Assembly: GCA_963514005.1 (NCBI GenBank)
Contig: OY740807.1
Span: forward strand, 2,046,001 to 2,110,000
Length of the DNA stretch: 64,000 bases
Direction: 5' to 3'
Source: Raja brachyura
Taxonomy: Eukaryota
Shown here: positions 23,545 through 37,026 of the stretch, piece after piece
Layout of the letters: each line of letters begins with the position of its first letter
Numbering within the stretch: position 1 is the stretch's first letter
Translations under genes and position numbers: made by a program
Notes under the pieces: model-generated
Database searches by the model: none
The model's input: the letters and a program-made list of their open reading frames with translations, nothing else
What the model was told of the DNA's origin: nothing

Positions 23545-25335
23545 GTGAAACATAGAAAATAAGTGTAGGAGGAAGCCATTCGGCCCCTCGAGCCAGCACC
23601 GCGGTTTATTGCGATCATGGCTGATCATCTACAATCAGTAACTTGTGCCTGCCTTCTCCCCATACCCACTGATTCGATTATCCCCAAGAGCTCTTTCTAA
23701 CTCTCTTTTAAATTAATCCAGTGAATTGGCTTCCACAGCCTTCTGTAGCAGAGAATTCCACAAATTCACAACTCTCTCGGTGAAAACATTTTTTCTCATC
23801 TCAGTTTTAAAAGGTCTCCCCTTTTAAACTGGAGACTGGTTCTGGACTCCCTCAACATTGGAAACATTTTTCCTCCATCTGGCTTGTCCAGTTCTTTTAT
23901 GATTGTATACATTTCTATAAGGCCCTCTCATCCCTCTAAATTCCAGTGAATACAAGCCCAATCTTTCCAATCTTTCCTCATACCACAGTCCCGCCATTCC
24001 AGGGATTAACTGCCTGCTGTACCTGCATGTTTACTTTCAGTGACTGGTGTACAAGGACACCCAGGTCTCATTGCACTTCCTTTTTTCTGAACCTGAGATA
24101 ATAATCTGCCTCCTTGTTCTTTCTGCCAAAGTGCACAACCTCACATTTATCTACATTATACTGCATCTGCCATGCATCTGCCCACTCACTCAACCTGTCC
24201 AAGTCACCCTGCAACCTCATCCTCTTTGCAGTTCATACTGCCACCCAGCTTTGTGTCATCTGCAAATTTGCTAGTGTTACTTTTAATTCCATCTACATTT
24301 TTTCATATATATTGTAAATATTCAAGCAGGATTTCCCCTTCATACAGTAAATCCAAGCTGACTTGGACCAATCCTTTTACTGCTATCCAAATGCACCGTC
24401 ATTACTTGTTGAATAATTGACTCCAGCATCTTCCCCACCACCGATGTCAGGCTAACTGGTCTATAATTCCCCGTTTTCTCTCTCGCTCCTTTCGAAAAGT
24501 GGGATAACATTAGCTATCCTCCAATCCAGAACTGATCCTGAAACGATAGAACATTGGAAAATGATCACCAATGCATGCATGATTTCCAGAGCCACCTCCT
24601 TGAGTCCCCTGGGATGCAGACCATTAGGCTCTGGGGATTTATCAGCCTTCAGTCCCGTTAGTCTACCCAATATTATTTCTAGTCTAATGCAAATTTATTT
24701 CAGTTCCCTGTCTCCCTAGATCCTCTGTCCTCTAGTACATCTGGGAGATTGTTTGTGTCTTCCTTAATGAAGACAGAAGCTGTTCAACTCTTCTGCTATT
24801 TCCTTGTTCCCCATAATAATTTCACCTGCTTCTGATCTTCAAGGGACCAACATCTTAACTAATCTTTCTCTCTTAACATACCTAAATAAGCTTTTACTAT
24901 CCTTCTTCATGTTCTTGGCGGGTTTACCTTCGTACTTCATCTTTCCACCCCGTATTGCCTTTTTTGTTACCTTCTGAAGTCCTTTGAAAGCTTCCCAATC
25001 CCCTGGCTTTCTGCTACTCTTGCTATGTTATACACCTTTTCTTTTAGTATTATACTGTCCCTAACTTCCCTTGTCAGCCACAGTTGCCTCTTACTCCCTT
25101 GGAATCTTTCTTCCTCTTTGGAATAAAATGATCCTGCATCTTCTGGATTACGCCCAGAAATTCCTACCATTGCTACTGTCATTCCTGCTTGCATCCTTTA
25201 CCAGTCGACCTTGGCCAGCTCCTTTCTCATGCCCTCATAGTCCCCTTTGTTCAACTGCCACAATGACACTTCTGATTTAACATTCTCCCTCTTAAATTGC
25301 AGATTAAGACACCATATTATGGTCACTACCTCCTA
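23545..25335 (-). mobile_element. Degraded, internally deleted CR1
   Basis: ORF 24461..24670 KADKSP..LHPR.LKEVA; 3' tail at about 23548. Confidence 0.8.
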
Positions 25336-25339
25336 GCGG

Positions 25340-26285
25340 TATCTGGTCCCTGTGGAACTGGGTGAGCCCAGAGCGGCTTGAAGTGTACAAAGTCATTGTT
25401 TTGGCTGGCAGCATGTCAGAATCCCTGAGGAAGGGCATCACCATCCTCGTATACAAGCAGAAGAGGGAGTACATCAGGAATTGGAGACCCATCTCACTTC
25501 TAAATGTGGACTATAAAATATGTCCAAGGCCACTGCCAACTGGGTCAAGTCTGCTCTGGAACAAGTGCTCCACCTGGACCAAACCTGTGCCGTCATTGGC
25601 AGAGCGGTGGACACCTGGCTGGTCAGTTTGGCCCTGGAGAAGGCCTTCGATAGGATATCACACATATACATGATGGATGTGTCCTCCAATATAAGCATTT
25701 GGGAGGTGCCCAAGAAATGGATCCTGATTCATCTCTGCGTAGATACCCGTAGTGCACTCCAAAACAATGGGTGGGAAATGGTTAGCTTCCCCTTCAGATC
25801 AGGAGTCAGGCAGGGTCAGTCAGCCACTCTCCCGTCTTATTCAGATGCAGTTAAGAACCCTTTGCTAAATCCATCAGGAAATATGAGAACAGAAGAGGGG
25901 TGGCATTGCCAGGCAGTAGAGGCACTCAGAGCAAAGCCTCCCTGTCCATGGATGATGTCGCCATCTTCTGCTTGGATCCACAGTTGGCCCACACTTTGGT
26001 CAGCATCTGTGACCAGTTTGAGTTGACATTGGGAGCCGGAATAAACCGTAAGAAGAATGAGGCTCTACTCTTTGGTATCTGGGCCGACTGATCTTCCGTC
26101 CCTTCACCATTAGGTCTGACTACCTGAAGGTGCTGGGAATCTGGTTCAGAGGAGCTGAGACAAGCAACAAGAATTGGCTACAATAGAGAGCCAAGGGCAA
26201 ACAAAAATTGAAAGCAGTGTTCTTTCAATAATCAGAAAAAAATTGGTTATTGGGTGTGAGCTGCTCTCGGGACTGCTGTACTTAG
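25340..26285 (+). mobile_element. Tx1-like (L1 clade) RT fragment
   Basis: NWRPISLLNVDYKI, EKAFDRISH, SGVRQG and SMDDVAIF across ORFs 25362..25673, 25520..26026, 25900..26091. Confidence 0.75.
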
Positions 26286-27094
26286 AGGCATACAACATGG
26301 GAACAGGCCCTTCTGCCCAACTTGCCCATGCTAACCAAGACGCCCCATCTACACAAGGCCACTTCCCTGCCTTTGGCTGAATATCGCTCAAATTAATTCC
26401 TATCCATGTGCCTGTACAAATGTCTTTTAAATGTTATCCTACCTGCCTCTGTGAAAAAGTTGCCCCACAGGTCCCTATTAAATCTTTCCAATCTCCCCTT
26501 GAACTCATGTCCTTTTTTTAAAAAAAATTGTTTTTATATCTTTATTTGTTAGAGGTACCGTAAATTACATCAGTGTACATCCCATGTATATTATTTCAAT
26601 CATTGTACCCCTTAATTTTTTAAGGCTTTAGAAAAAAAGAAAAAAAGAAAGAAATATCAACAGAGAAAGTAGAAAGAGTGAAAAAGAGTTGTGAAAGTGA
26701 ACAAACGTGCCAGAGGGAAAGGGAACCCTTGGGTGAAGAGTTAGAGAAAGGAGATTAAGAGATAGACCCTGGAGAGGAGAAAAAAAGGGAAAGAAAGAGA
26801 AGGAAAAAAGAAAAGCCAGTTACTTTATTATAAACATCTCGCAAAAGGAATCTACCAACTCGACAGTTTTTCTTCCCCCTTTACCAAGACACGACACCGG
26901 TACTTTTTTGAGGTGTTCTTGCACCTTATCCTTGTAGTAGATTTAATAAATGCAGACCAGTCTGATTTTCCTGCCAGTCGGAGTCTCATATCTTCCAAAT
27001 GTAGTGTTTCAAACATAGTTGAAATCCATATATTAACTGTTGGTTTAGGAGTATTTTTCCAGAATTTTAAGATTAGCTTTTTTCCAGTTATTAA

Positions 27095-28348
27095 TGGATT
27101 TGTGCCTGGAAGGTCATGTTTGACAAACCTTCTTGAATTTTTTGAAGAGGTTACTAGGGAAATTGATGAGGGTAAAGCAGTGGATGTTGTCTATATGGAT
27201 TTCAGTAAGGCCTTTGACAAGGTTCCCCATGGAAGGTTGGTTAAGAAGGTTCAATCTTTGGGTGTTAATGGCGGAGTAGCAAGATGGATTCAACAGTGGC
27301 TGAATGGGAGATGCCAGAGAGTAATGGTGGATGGCTGTTTGTCAGGTTGGAAGCCAGTGACCAGTGGGGTGCCTCAGGGATCTGTGTTGGTCCACTTTTG
27401 TTTGTCATGTACATCAATGATCTAGATGATGGTGTGGAAAATTGGTTAAGTAAGTATGCAGATGATACTAAGATAGGTGGTGCTGTGGATAATGAAGTAG
27501 ATTTTCAAAGTCTACAGAGAGATTTGGGCCATTTGGAAGAGTGGGCTAAAAGATGGCAGATGGAGTTTAATGCTGATAAGTGTGAGGTGCTACATCTTGG
27601 CAAGCCAAATCAAAATAGGACGTACATGGTAAATGGTAGGGAATTGAGGAATGCTGTGGAACAGAGGGGTCTAGGAATAACTGTGCATAGTTCCCTGAAG
27701 GTGGAATCGCATGTAGATAGGGTGGTAAAGAAAGCTTTTGGTGTGCTGGCCTTTATAAATCAGAGCATTGAATATAGGAGTAGGGAAGTAATATTAAAAT
27801 TGTACAAAGCATTGGTGAGACCAATTCTGGAGTATGGTGTACAATTTTGTTCATCTAATTATAGGAAGGATGTCAACAAAATAGAGAGAGTACAGAGGAG
27901 ATTTACTAGAATGTTGCCTGGGTTCCAGCAACTAAGTTACAGAGAAAGGTTGAACAAGTTAGGTCTTTATTTGGAGTGCAGAAGGTTAAGGGGGGAGTTG
28001 ATTGAGGTCTTTAAAATGATGAAAGAGATAGACAGAGTTGACGTGTGGGTAGGGAAGGTTCAAACAAGAGGGCATGACATGAGAATTAAGGGACAGAAGT
28101 TTAGGGGTAACATGAGGGGGAACTTCTTTACTCAGAGAGTGGTGGCTGTGTGGAATGATCTTCCAGCAGAAGTGGTGGAGGCAGGATCGATTTTAACATT
28201 TAAAAGTAAAGTGGATAGGTATATGGACGGGAAGGGAAAGGTCTGAGTGCAGGTAGATGGGACTAGGGGAAAATAAATGGTCGGCACGGACTGGAAGGGC
28301 CGAGAAGGCCTGTTTCCGTGCTGTAATTGTTATATGGTTATATGGTTA
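27095..28348 (+). mobile_element. CR1 (GGTTATAT-tail subfamily) inserted into the L1 3' region
   Basis: ORF 27284..28246 RT/C-terminus; tail ttatatggttatatgg; L1 sequence resumes on both sides. Confidence 0.92.
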
Positions 28349-31300
28349 AGCAGTATTCAAATAGATTCTTTTGAAACACATTTAATTCAGAGCTATCTTC
28401 CGATGTTCCAAAGATAATTCAGTCTGCTTTTGGAGTCAGTTTTATTTTAAATAGTTTTGTGAAAATTTCAAAAATTTCAGTCCAACATTTTTGAATTTTT
28501 GTACAAAGACAAATGAGTGCGCTATATTAGCTTCTTGACATTGACATTGACATTTATCACAAATAGGTGAGACATTTGGAAAAAGTTTATTCATTTTAGT
28601 TTTTGAATAGTATAATCTGTGTAAGATTTTAAATTGTATTACGTTAATTGAAGATTTATGCAGATTTAATAAATATTCTTCCCACCTTTCTTTGGAAATT
28701 TTTATACTTAATTATTTTTCCCAGTCTCTCCTGATACCTTCTGTTGTTGGTATTTCTGCGTTTAGAAGAATATTATATATATGTGATATTAGGTTTGCTG
28801 ATTCAGCCTTTGTATTCATTACTTCTTCCAGTAAGTCTGGAGGTATATTGTGATAGTCTTGTGCGTATTTTTTCAGATAGTCACAGATTTGGAAATATTT
28901 AAAATACTGATTGTTTCCCAAATTGTATTTTAGTTGTATTTGTTTAAATGATAATAGTTTTCCCATTTCATACAAATCTCCGAAGATTTTAATTCCAGCT
29001 TTTTCCCATTGTATAAATGCTTTATCTATAGTTGAAGGTTTAAACAAAGGGTTTTTACCGACAGGAGATAAGAGAGATAAATTTCTTAATTTTAAATTAT
29101 TTTTTATTTGTTTCCAAATTCTAATTGTACTGTGTATAATTGGATTTTTGTTGTAATTTGTATTATTCATCTTCATTGGTGAAAGAAGGATTGCTCCAAT
29201 ATTGCAAGGAGAGCAGTCCTCTTTCTCCATAATAATCCAATCCGGTTGCTGGGGAGAGTTATCCAGCAATTGGATCATGTTTTTAATATTTACAGACCAG
29301 TAGTAATACATGAAGTTGGGGAGTGCTAATCCCCTTACTACTTTTGGTTTATTCAGATGAGCTCTTTGTAATCTGTGGGATTTATAATCCCAACTAAAAT
29401 TTGTGATATCTGAGTCCAGTTTTTAAAAAAAAAATTGGGTAAGTATATTGGAATTGATTGGAACAGGTATAAAATTTGTGTTAGAAAAATAATTTTTATG
29501 GCGTTTATTCGGCCTATTGAGGACATCGGAAGTGTTTTCCAAAATTTAGTCAAGTTATATAGTTTCTTAAGTAGAGGGTTATAATTTGCGTCAAACATGT
29601 CTTGATATCTTCTAGTGATTTCGATACCCAAGTATTTACATTTTCCCATAGCTATTTTGAAAGGAAACTGTAAAAGATGTGTAGAATATTTTGGTTTTAT
29701 TGACATGATTTCAATTTATTCTATATCCTGAAAGTGATCCGAAGTCCTCTATTAAGTTTAAAATATTTGGTATAGTAATATGAGGTTTTGTGATGTACAA
29801 TAGTACATCATCAGCGTATAATGATATTTTATTGTTGGAATATTTTGTTTTATATCCATGGATGTTCGGATGAGTTTTAATTCTTTCCGCTAGGGGTTCA
29901 ATTATGAGAGCAAATAACAGCGGTGATAGTGAACATCCTTGTCTATTACCCCTTGACAATTGAAATTTCGTAGATAAATTATTGTTAGTTAATATTCTGC
30001 CCGTTGGCTTATTATATAGTAATTTAATCCATAGAATGAAATTCTTTCCCAGTTAAAATTTTTGCAATACCCTGACCATATAATCCCATTCGACCTGATC
30101 GAATGCTTTCTCTGCACCAACGATATGATTGATAGTTTTTGATCTTCCGTTTGGTGTGAATGCATTATGTTGAGCAGACATCTCAAATTATTAAATGATT
30201 GTCTCTTAGGGATAAACCCCATTTGATCCGGATGTATTAATTTACTAGCATATTTACTTAGTCTTCTAGCTAGTATTTTCGCTAATATTTTTTGATCTGT
30301 GTTTAACAACGCAATAGCTCCATATGATCCGGGTTCTTCCACATCTATGTCTTTCTTAAGTATTAATGTGATTGTGGATTCTGCTAGTGTTTCAGGTAGT
30401 ATTTGTTCTTTGAAGGCATAAGTATACATTTTCTGTAGGCGAAGTGTAAATATGTCATAAAAACATTTATAGAATTCATTGCTAAATCCGTCGGGTCCTG
30501 GTGCTTTTCCAATTTTTTAAGGAGATTATTGTTTCTTCTATTTCCTTATTTGAGATTTGTGCTCCCAATTCCTCTTGTTCCTGCAACTCTAGTGTAGGAA
30601 GGTTACAATTATCCAAGAACTCTGTAACTTTGTCGGTGTTCGTTATTGTTTTAGATGTATACAGATTCTCTTAAAATTGTGCAAATCTTTTATTAATCAC
30701 TCGGCAAGGTCAATATCTCCCCCTTGTCTGATTTAATCTTTCAAATTGTGTGATCCTTTTCTCCTTTTTTTAACTGACGTGCCAGAAATTTATGGGGCTT
30801 ATCCCCAAATTCAAAATGTTCCTGTCTTGTAATTTTGTAATAATCTTATGACTTTCTCTAATAATAATTTATTTAATTTAAATTTCAGTATTATTATTCT
30901 ATTATGTTTATCCGTAGTGGGGTCTTTAGCGTTTTCTATGTCCAGTTGTCTAATTTGTTCGTTCTTATTTTGCTTATTTTGAAAAGCTTGGTATGAAATT
31001 ATAACACCTCGAATAAATACTTTAAAAGATTCCCCTAATAGTGTAGGTGATATGTCTGGCGTATCGTTTATTTCAAAAAAAAGGTCCATTTGCTGTTTTA
31101 AATATATACTCCCTTGCGGGTCTTTTAAAATTTGAGGATTGTACCTCCAAAACAGTTTGTTCTTAGTCATTCCTTCCATTTTTAGAAAATGGGGAGTTAT
31201 TGGGGAGTGATCTGAAATTGTATTTGTGTGTTATTTTGGTTTGGAAGTGTGGGGTGTTAATTTTGTATCCACCAGGAAATAATCTATACGTGAATATGTC

Positions 31301-31769
31301 TTGTGTACTTGAATAGAATGAGTAATCCCTGCCGGTCAGATTTGCAATCCTCCAGACATCTGTATATGTGTGTTTTTTAAATATGTATTTAGAGGTTCGC
31401 TAGTTTTGGATTTCGTAATACCTCTCTATTTTTGATTGGATTTATCTAAGTAGGGGTCTAAAACACAGTTAAAATCTCCGTTGATTATGACATTCTGGTA
31501 ATTCTATTCTGCAATTATATTCAAGATTTTATTGAAAAAATACGGATTGTCAAAGTTGGGTGCATATATGTTTTCCAAGGTAATTGGGGTTGCATGGATC
31601 TCCCCGGTAACTATCAAATATCTCCCCTCCTTATCTGTTAAGGTAGTTTTGGATTTAAATGAAATGCCTTTGCGAATAATAATAGACGTTCCTCTAGATT
31701 TCGACGTGTATGACGAGTGAAAAGTTTGTCCTATCCAGTTCACCCTCAATCTAGCTTGATCTAGCTTTC

Positions 31770-31883
31770 AAACCATTTGCTGTGTCGCTCTTCCAGGGAG
31801 ATGCTAAATGCATTTCGTTGTCTCTGTACTGTACACTGACAATGACAATTAAAATTGAATCTGAATCTGAATCTGAATCTGAA
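31770..31883 (+). mobile_element. Short retroposon 3' tail with (ATCTGA)n inserted into the L1 endonuclease
   Basis: ...aatgacaattaaaattg(aatctg)4 interrupts L1 EN just after QETHLK. Confidence 0.55.
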
Positions 31884-34734
31884 GTTTAAGATGTGTTTCT
31901 TGTAAGAAAGCAATATCTGTGTTGTATGCTTTCAGCTGAGCTAGAATCTTACCCCTTTTAATGCGTTTGTTAATACCCCCAACGTTCCAACTACAAAATG
32001 AGATTCCTCCCAGTTTATTTTGGTTATCGTCTTGCATTTTGAATAGATTTAATACCTGTGTATCTTGCGGTGCATCCGTACCTCAGGTCTTTAGATATTG
32101 GGGGATTATTTACCTTACAAAGTTCAATTAGTAGATTCCCTTTGCGATTGTCCTTGAATAGAAAAAAACACACGTGACTAAATGTGGTAGTAATTTTAAA
32201 AAATCTAATAAAAGTGAAAATACAGTGTCCGAGCTTGTCGACACTGTAACAAGTGACCCACCTGTAGGTGGGAAAAAGCATTTTATCGACTTCCGTTGTC
32301 GATATAAACAAACAAATAGCTCCACTCCCTAAAGTAATCATAACATACTGGAACGGGACCGGTTTCAAAATCAAATGTATAGTACCCATTTACAGTATAT
32401 ATATCCATTTCATCAATATTTCCAGATATAACTATCATTTTTATCTACTAAGTGTTAAGCATATTTTAGTATATTTATTTAAGTATATTTTAACCTCGGA
32501 AATCATCAACTGTTGATTGAAGGGGTTAACCTATTTCTGGCTCCTGGAACTGAGTCAGGAGCCCGCCTCTGCCCCTCATGCCCCAGTTATAAATCTACTT
32601 GAGAATTATTAAGTTAAATTATAAATGTTAATTTGTAAATCACCATTTCTACATTTCTGATTAGCATTCATTACTATTTCTATGTTAATATTCTATGTTA
32701 ATATTATTAAAAATGTTAATTCTATACCATTTAGGTTATTCATTAGATCTCATATACAACTGTAATTGCTTAGCCCAGTGTCTGTTGTTGAGCTCTTCAT
32801 TTCGGTGGTTATCTTTTTCCCACTTCCATTGGAACAGAGTATGTCCTTGAGTTAGCATTCCGCTGATAAGACGTCTAGACAAAGTTCCTTCTTCTGGCAG
32901 CACGCCACCATTCAGGGTGCAATAGTAAAAAGAGAGAGTATCCATATTGTCCAACCTTTCCAGCTAGTCCTTCTGTTCCATGATGGTTAGAGCATATTTG
33001 TATGCCTCCTCGGGATTTGTGAACGATTTTTGCTATTACTTGTAGGAGATACGCATTTTAGCTGGATTGTAAACACTATATCTAACCTCCTTTTGTTCTT
33101 GGAGAGTCTGCTTTGCCTTAGAGAACTGATTTCGCTTTTGCATAATTTCATAGGGATAGTCGCTGAATATTTTAAAAGTTGTTGTACCATACTTCAGAGG
33201 CACTCCATATTTGATATTCCTCATAACCTCTTCCATGTCAGAAATGTCCCAGAATTTCACAATAATCTGTTGTGTATGTCCTGAGCCATTATGAGATTTG
33301 TGTTCAAATCTAGGAACTCGGTGTGCCACTTCAATTTTTGGTTAGGGAGGTTAAGAGTTTCTTTAATTAAGCCCGCAGCGATCTCGCGAATGTTATCTCT
33401 CTCAGCTCCCTCTGGTACACCAACTAATCTTAGGTTTTGGGGTCTCGAACGAGCCTCCAGGTCCAGGTATTTGTCTGAAACTTTAGCCAGCTGAGTGCCA
33501 TCCGTCGTGTAGCAAGGTCTTGTTCTGACCTCACATTCTTCATCTCCTCCACCATTCTTGCCATCTCTTCCTCCATCTCGTGCATTGATGACATACAGGT
33601 TGAGACAATGTCCAGCACAGCACTGAACCGCTTCGCGGTGTCTTCTTCACCCTTATCAATTCTCTCCGACAGTTCATCTCTCACATCGTCAATTCGTTTA
33701 TTAATAGTGCCAATCAAATCCTTCACAGACTCAATAATATTCTGGTTACAAGCAGTCATGTTCAGCATCAGCTTTCCTATCTTTTCCATCATCACTCTCA
33801 TCATCTGTTCCATCTTTTTTCCATCCACCTTAACAGCTTTCAGTTCACTTACCGAAAGCTTTAATTCTTGAAATTCTTTGTCCTTGGGCAAATCTGTCTG
33901 AGATCTTGTGGCAATGCCGTAAAGCACCTTTTCTTCAGAAGCTACTTCAAAAATAAGTTCTTCAGGCTTTGTCTGTCTTCCCTAGGAGTGTTTAGTGACT
34001 GTGCTCTGAGTGCTCTTACCAGGAGAAGAAATTTTCCACTTAAAGTGCTTTAAGCCTCCGTTAAATTCACAGCGCTTACTGATGACGTAATCAGCCCAAC
34101 GTCCAGAGGCTCCGGTAAGTTTTTAAAATCAGTCCCGATCAGTAGACCCGATTTTAACGCGAGAAATCGCGCATTTTAGGGAGCAGAGCTACGTGCAGCG
34201 TCTGTTATTGTAACATGGCGCCACCGGAAGTCAAACTCATGTCCTTTGATTCTCTAATCTGGGTAAAAGACTCTATGCCGTCACCCTATCTATCCACCTC
34301 ATGATTTTATACACTTCTATAAGGTCATCCCTCAGCCTCTTGTGTTCTAAGGAATGAAGTCTTAGCCTGCCCTACCCATCTTCGGGTTTTCTGGCACCTC
34401 ATTCAAGTCCAATGATGATTCATTTTTCTCAGTAAGGCCTCCTACAATTTATTCTGTAGCTTTCCACAGTGTCCTTGGATATATCTGATCAGCAAGTCTC
34501 AAAATTAACGGTTGCCCGGGTGCCAATGGCCACCTAAAGCCCGCCGGGCAACCTAAAAGCCGAGTCATTTTCCCTGGCTTGGCAAGCGAAGGAATGCTTG
34601 GCTGATGTGGACAGCGGATGGCCTGATGCAAACTGTGCCGGTGTTTCTCAGAGAGCTCCTGTCTTATCCTTGTTCCCTGCCTTGCCCTGTGGAGTTGCTG
34701 CTTGTTTGTGAACCAGCGGCTAAGGCAGCGGATT

Positions 34735-34949
34735 GGCGCTCTACACCGCTGCAAATTGTTCTGTTGCTGTTGTTCCCTTAAAGGGCCTGAGCCACTTTGC
34801 GATTTTTTTTCAGCGACTGCGGAGCATCAGTGATGGTTTTAAAAGGCGTCAGTCAATGACACTCCACAGTCATTAAAAAAATTGGAAAGTGGGGCAGGCC
34901 CTTTAAGGGAACAACAGCAACAGAACAATTTGCAGCTGTGTCGAGCGCC
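34735..34949. repeat. 64-bp inverted repeat (60/64) with 87-bp spacer; centre resembles a Harbinger-type MITE
   Basis: 34735-34798 vs 34886-34949, with a 42-bp perfect core; inner ends agggcctg..ccactt / aagtgg..caggccct flanked by TAA/TTA. Confidence 0.85.
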
Positions 34950-36678
34950 TGAGCCGCTTCTTCCCTTCTTCCTTCAGGATTCAGTCCGTGTAGACTGAAC
35001 TCCTCTCTCCCCTCCACCCCTCTTCCCCCTCCCCCCCCTTCCCTACTCCCCCCTGCCCTTCTTCCTTCCCCTCCCCCCCCTTCTTCCCTTCCCCTTCTTC
35101 CTCCCTTCTACCCGCTCCACTCTTCTTCCCCTTCTCCACCTGCCCTCATGTCCCCTTCTCCCTCCCTTCTCCACCCCCCCCTCTCCGGCCCCCTTTCCCC
35201 GACAACCCCATTTGTGGACCCAGCCTGTGACCAGTGATCCCCGCACACTATCCCACACAGGCCAGGGACAATATATACAAACCTTTGGAGTGCGAGAGGT
35301 AACCCTAACCCTAGGTTGCTAGGCTTGGTATTTATAAATTATCCCTGGCGTGTGTGGGATAGTGTGTGGGTCGGTGCGGACTCGGTGGGCCGAAGGGCAC
35401 TTTATCTTTGAGCTAAATGGGACACGGGTGACACAGGGGCCCCAGGGGATGAACTCAAACCCCCAATATTTTGCACTAAACTGTTGGTCACGAGTTGTCC
35501 CAGAGACAGATCTCTCTTCCAATGGTTTCTCCAAAGCTCCAGAGACAGTAGGCTTTTCAACTGGGTACAGGCAATGTTGTCAATCTACCAGTGCCACACA
35601 CCTGCTCCGGCCACTGAGTCTAAATACCCACCACCCATTTTGAAGCAAGGCGAGGGGGCAGAGGGAGGGGGGGGGGGGGTGGGGGCGGTTGTTGTTCCCA
35701 AAGTCTGCATTTATCCCAGTCAATGTTACTAAAACAGATGATGTGGGAGAAGTGGAGAAGTGGGAGAACAGTGGAGCGGGGAGGAGGAGGAAGAGGCGGC
35801 GAGGGAAGAAGGGGAGCGGAGAAGGGTAGGGGGGGAGTGGAGAAGGAGGGATGGAGGCGGGAAGGGAGGGATGGAGGGGAGAGAGGCGTTCAGTCTACAC
35901 TCTGTGAATCCATCCCCTCCAGATCCAAATCCCTGAGACGGTGATTTGGACCTGGAAGCAGACCAATCCAAAATAAATCTGACCGATTCAGACATCTTCT
36001 TATTTGCACAATTGAATTTATTGTGTTAATTTTAATATATTCATGTTTAAAATCCATGCATTGAAGGAAGAATATTTTACAGCCCATCTGTGGACCCTAA
36101 CCCCAACCCTAACCGGGCATCACCCGCAGGACAGCATACGTCAGCCCGTGGATTTTGAAGCAACAGCAACAAAGAGAAGCAGGAGAAAGCACTGATTGGC
36201 TCTAGCCCAAGTGGGAGGAGAGTTTACCCGACCATGACACGACAACCTCTTTTCAGGCTGTCGCCGAAAATATTGGAAAGGCCCTTAAAACCCTCACCCC
36301 ACGGGAGGGGGAGAGAAGCTGCAAAGCGACCTGCCCGCGTTTGGGCCATATCCCTCCAAACCTGATCTATCCATGTATCTGTCTCTGTCCTTGTCTTTCT
36401 GTCTGCCTCTGTCTCTGCATCCATCTCTGTCTATCTCTGTCTCTGCCTCTGCTCTTTCTGTCTTTCTCTGTCTCTCGCTTACCAGTTCTCCCCCACTTTT
36501 TCATCAGAAACCTCCCCCCCTGAAATTTGGGCGTGGTAGCTCTCCCGAATGCTCCAGTGTAGTGCCAAGTAACAGACATGTTGCTGAAAGGGTTGTTGTG
36601 ATACAGCATGTGCAGCACTATTAGTGGGATCGAGCTGTCACAGGCTAGCTCTTCTGGTGTTCCTGAAGTCCCACACCA

Positions 36679-37026
36679 GAAGAGCTACCCAACATCTGCA
36701 CTCTCCTTGACCTCGTCCTTACCTCGTCAAGTTCAGCTGAGGCTGAGCGAAGCTTCAGCCGGCTGAAGCAGCTGAAGACCACCATCAGAAGTTCCCTCCA
36801 GGACAACCAGGTGACGGACCAGCTCCTCATCACACTGCATGCCAGTAACATCAAGGACCTTGATCCCCGGCCACCCATCAGCTTGTGGCATGCAGGAGGG
36901 ATGAGGGCAAGCAGGCCCGACACGGGAGAAGACCCAGCTGGAGCAGCTGCTTCGGGACCTCACCCTGACAGTGACAAGTCTGATGAGGAGGATGCTCTGC
37001 TCAAGAGCGACTCAGGTGACAATTAA
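36679..37026 (+). pseudogene. hAT transposase C-terminal dimerisation-domain fragment
   Basis: ERSFS motif in the same frame as ORF 36811..37026. Confidence 0.75.

Larger units (their letters stand above)
26516..34233 (-). mobile_element. Full-length but decayed L1 LINE (ORF1 about 33927-33000, ORF2 about 32037-26920) with 14-bp TSD
   Basis: TSD AACTCATGTCCTTT at 26502-26515 and 34234-34247; 5' end GACTTCCGGTGGCGCC; ORF1 AHRVP..IIVKF..KIFSDY; EN SWNVGG..FLQETHL; RT RQGCSLSPLLF..YADD; AATAAA(-) at 26541-26546. Confidence 0.92.
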
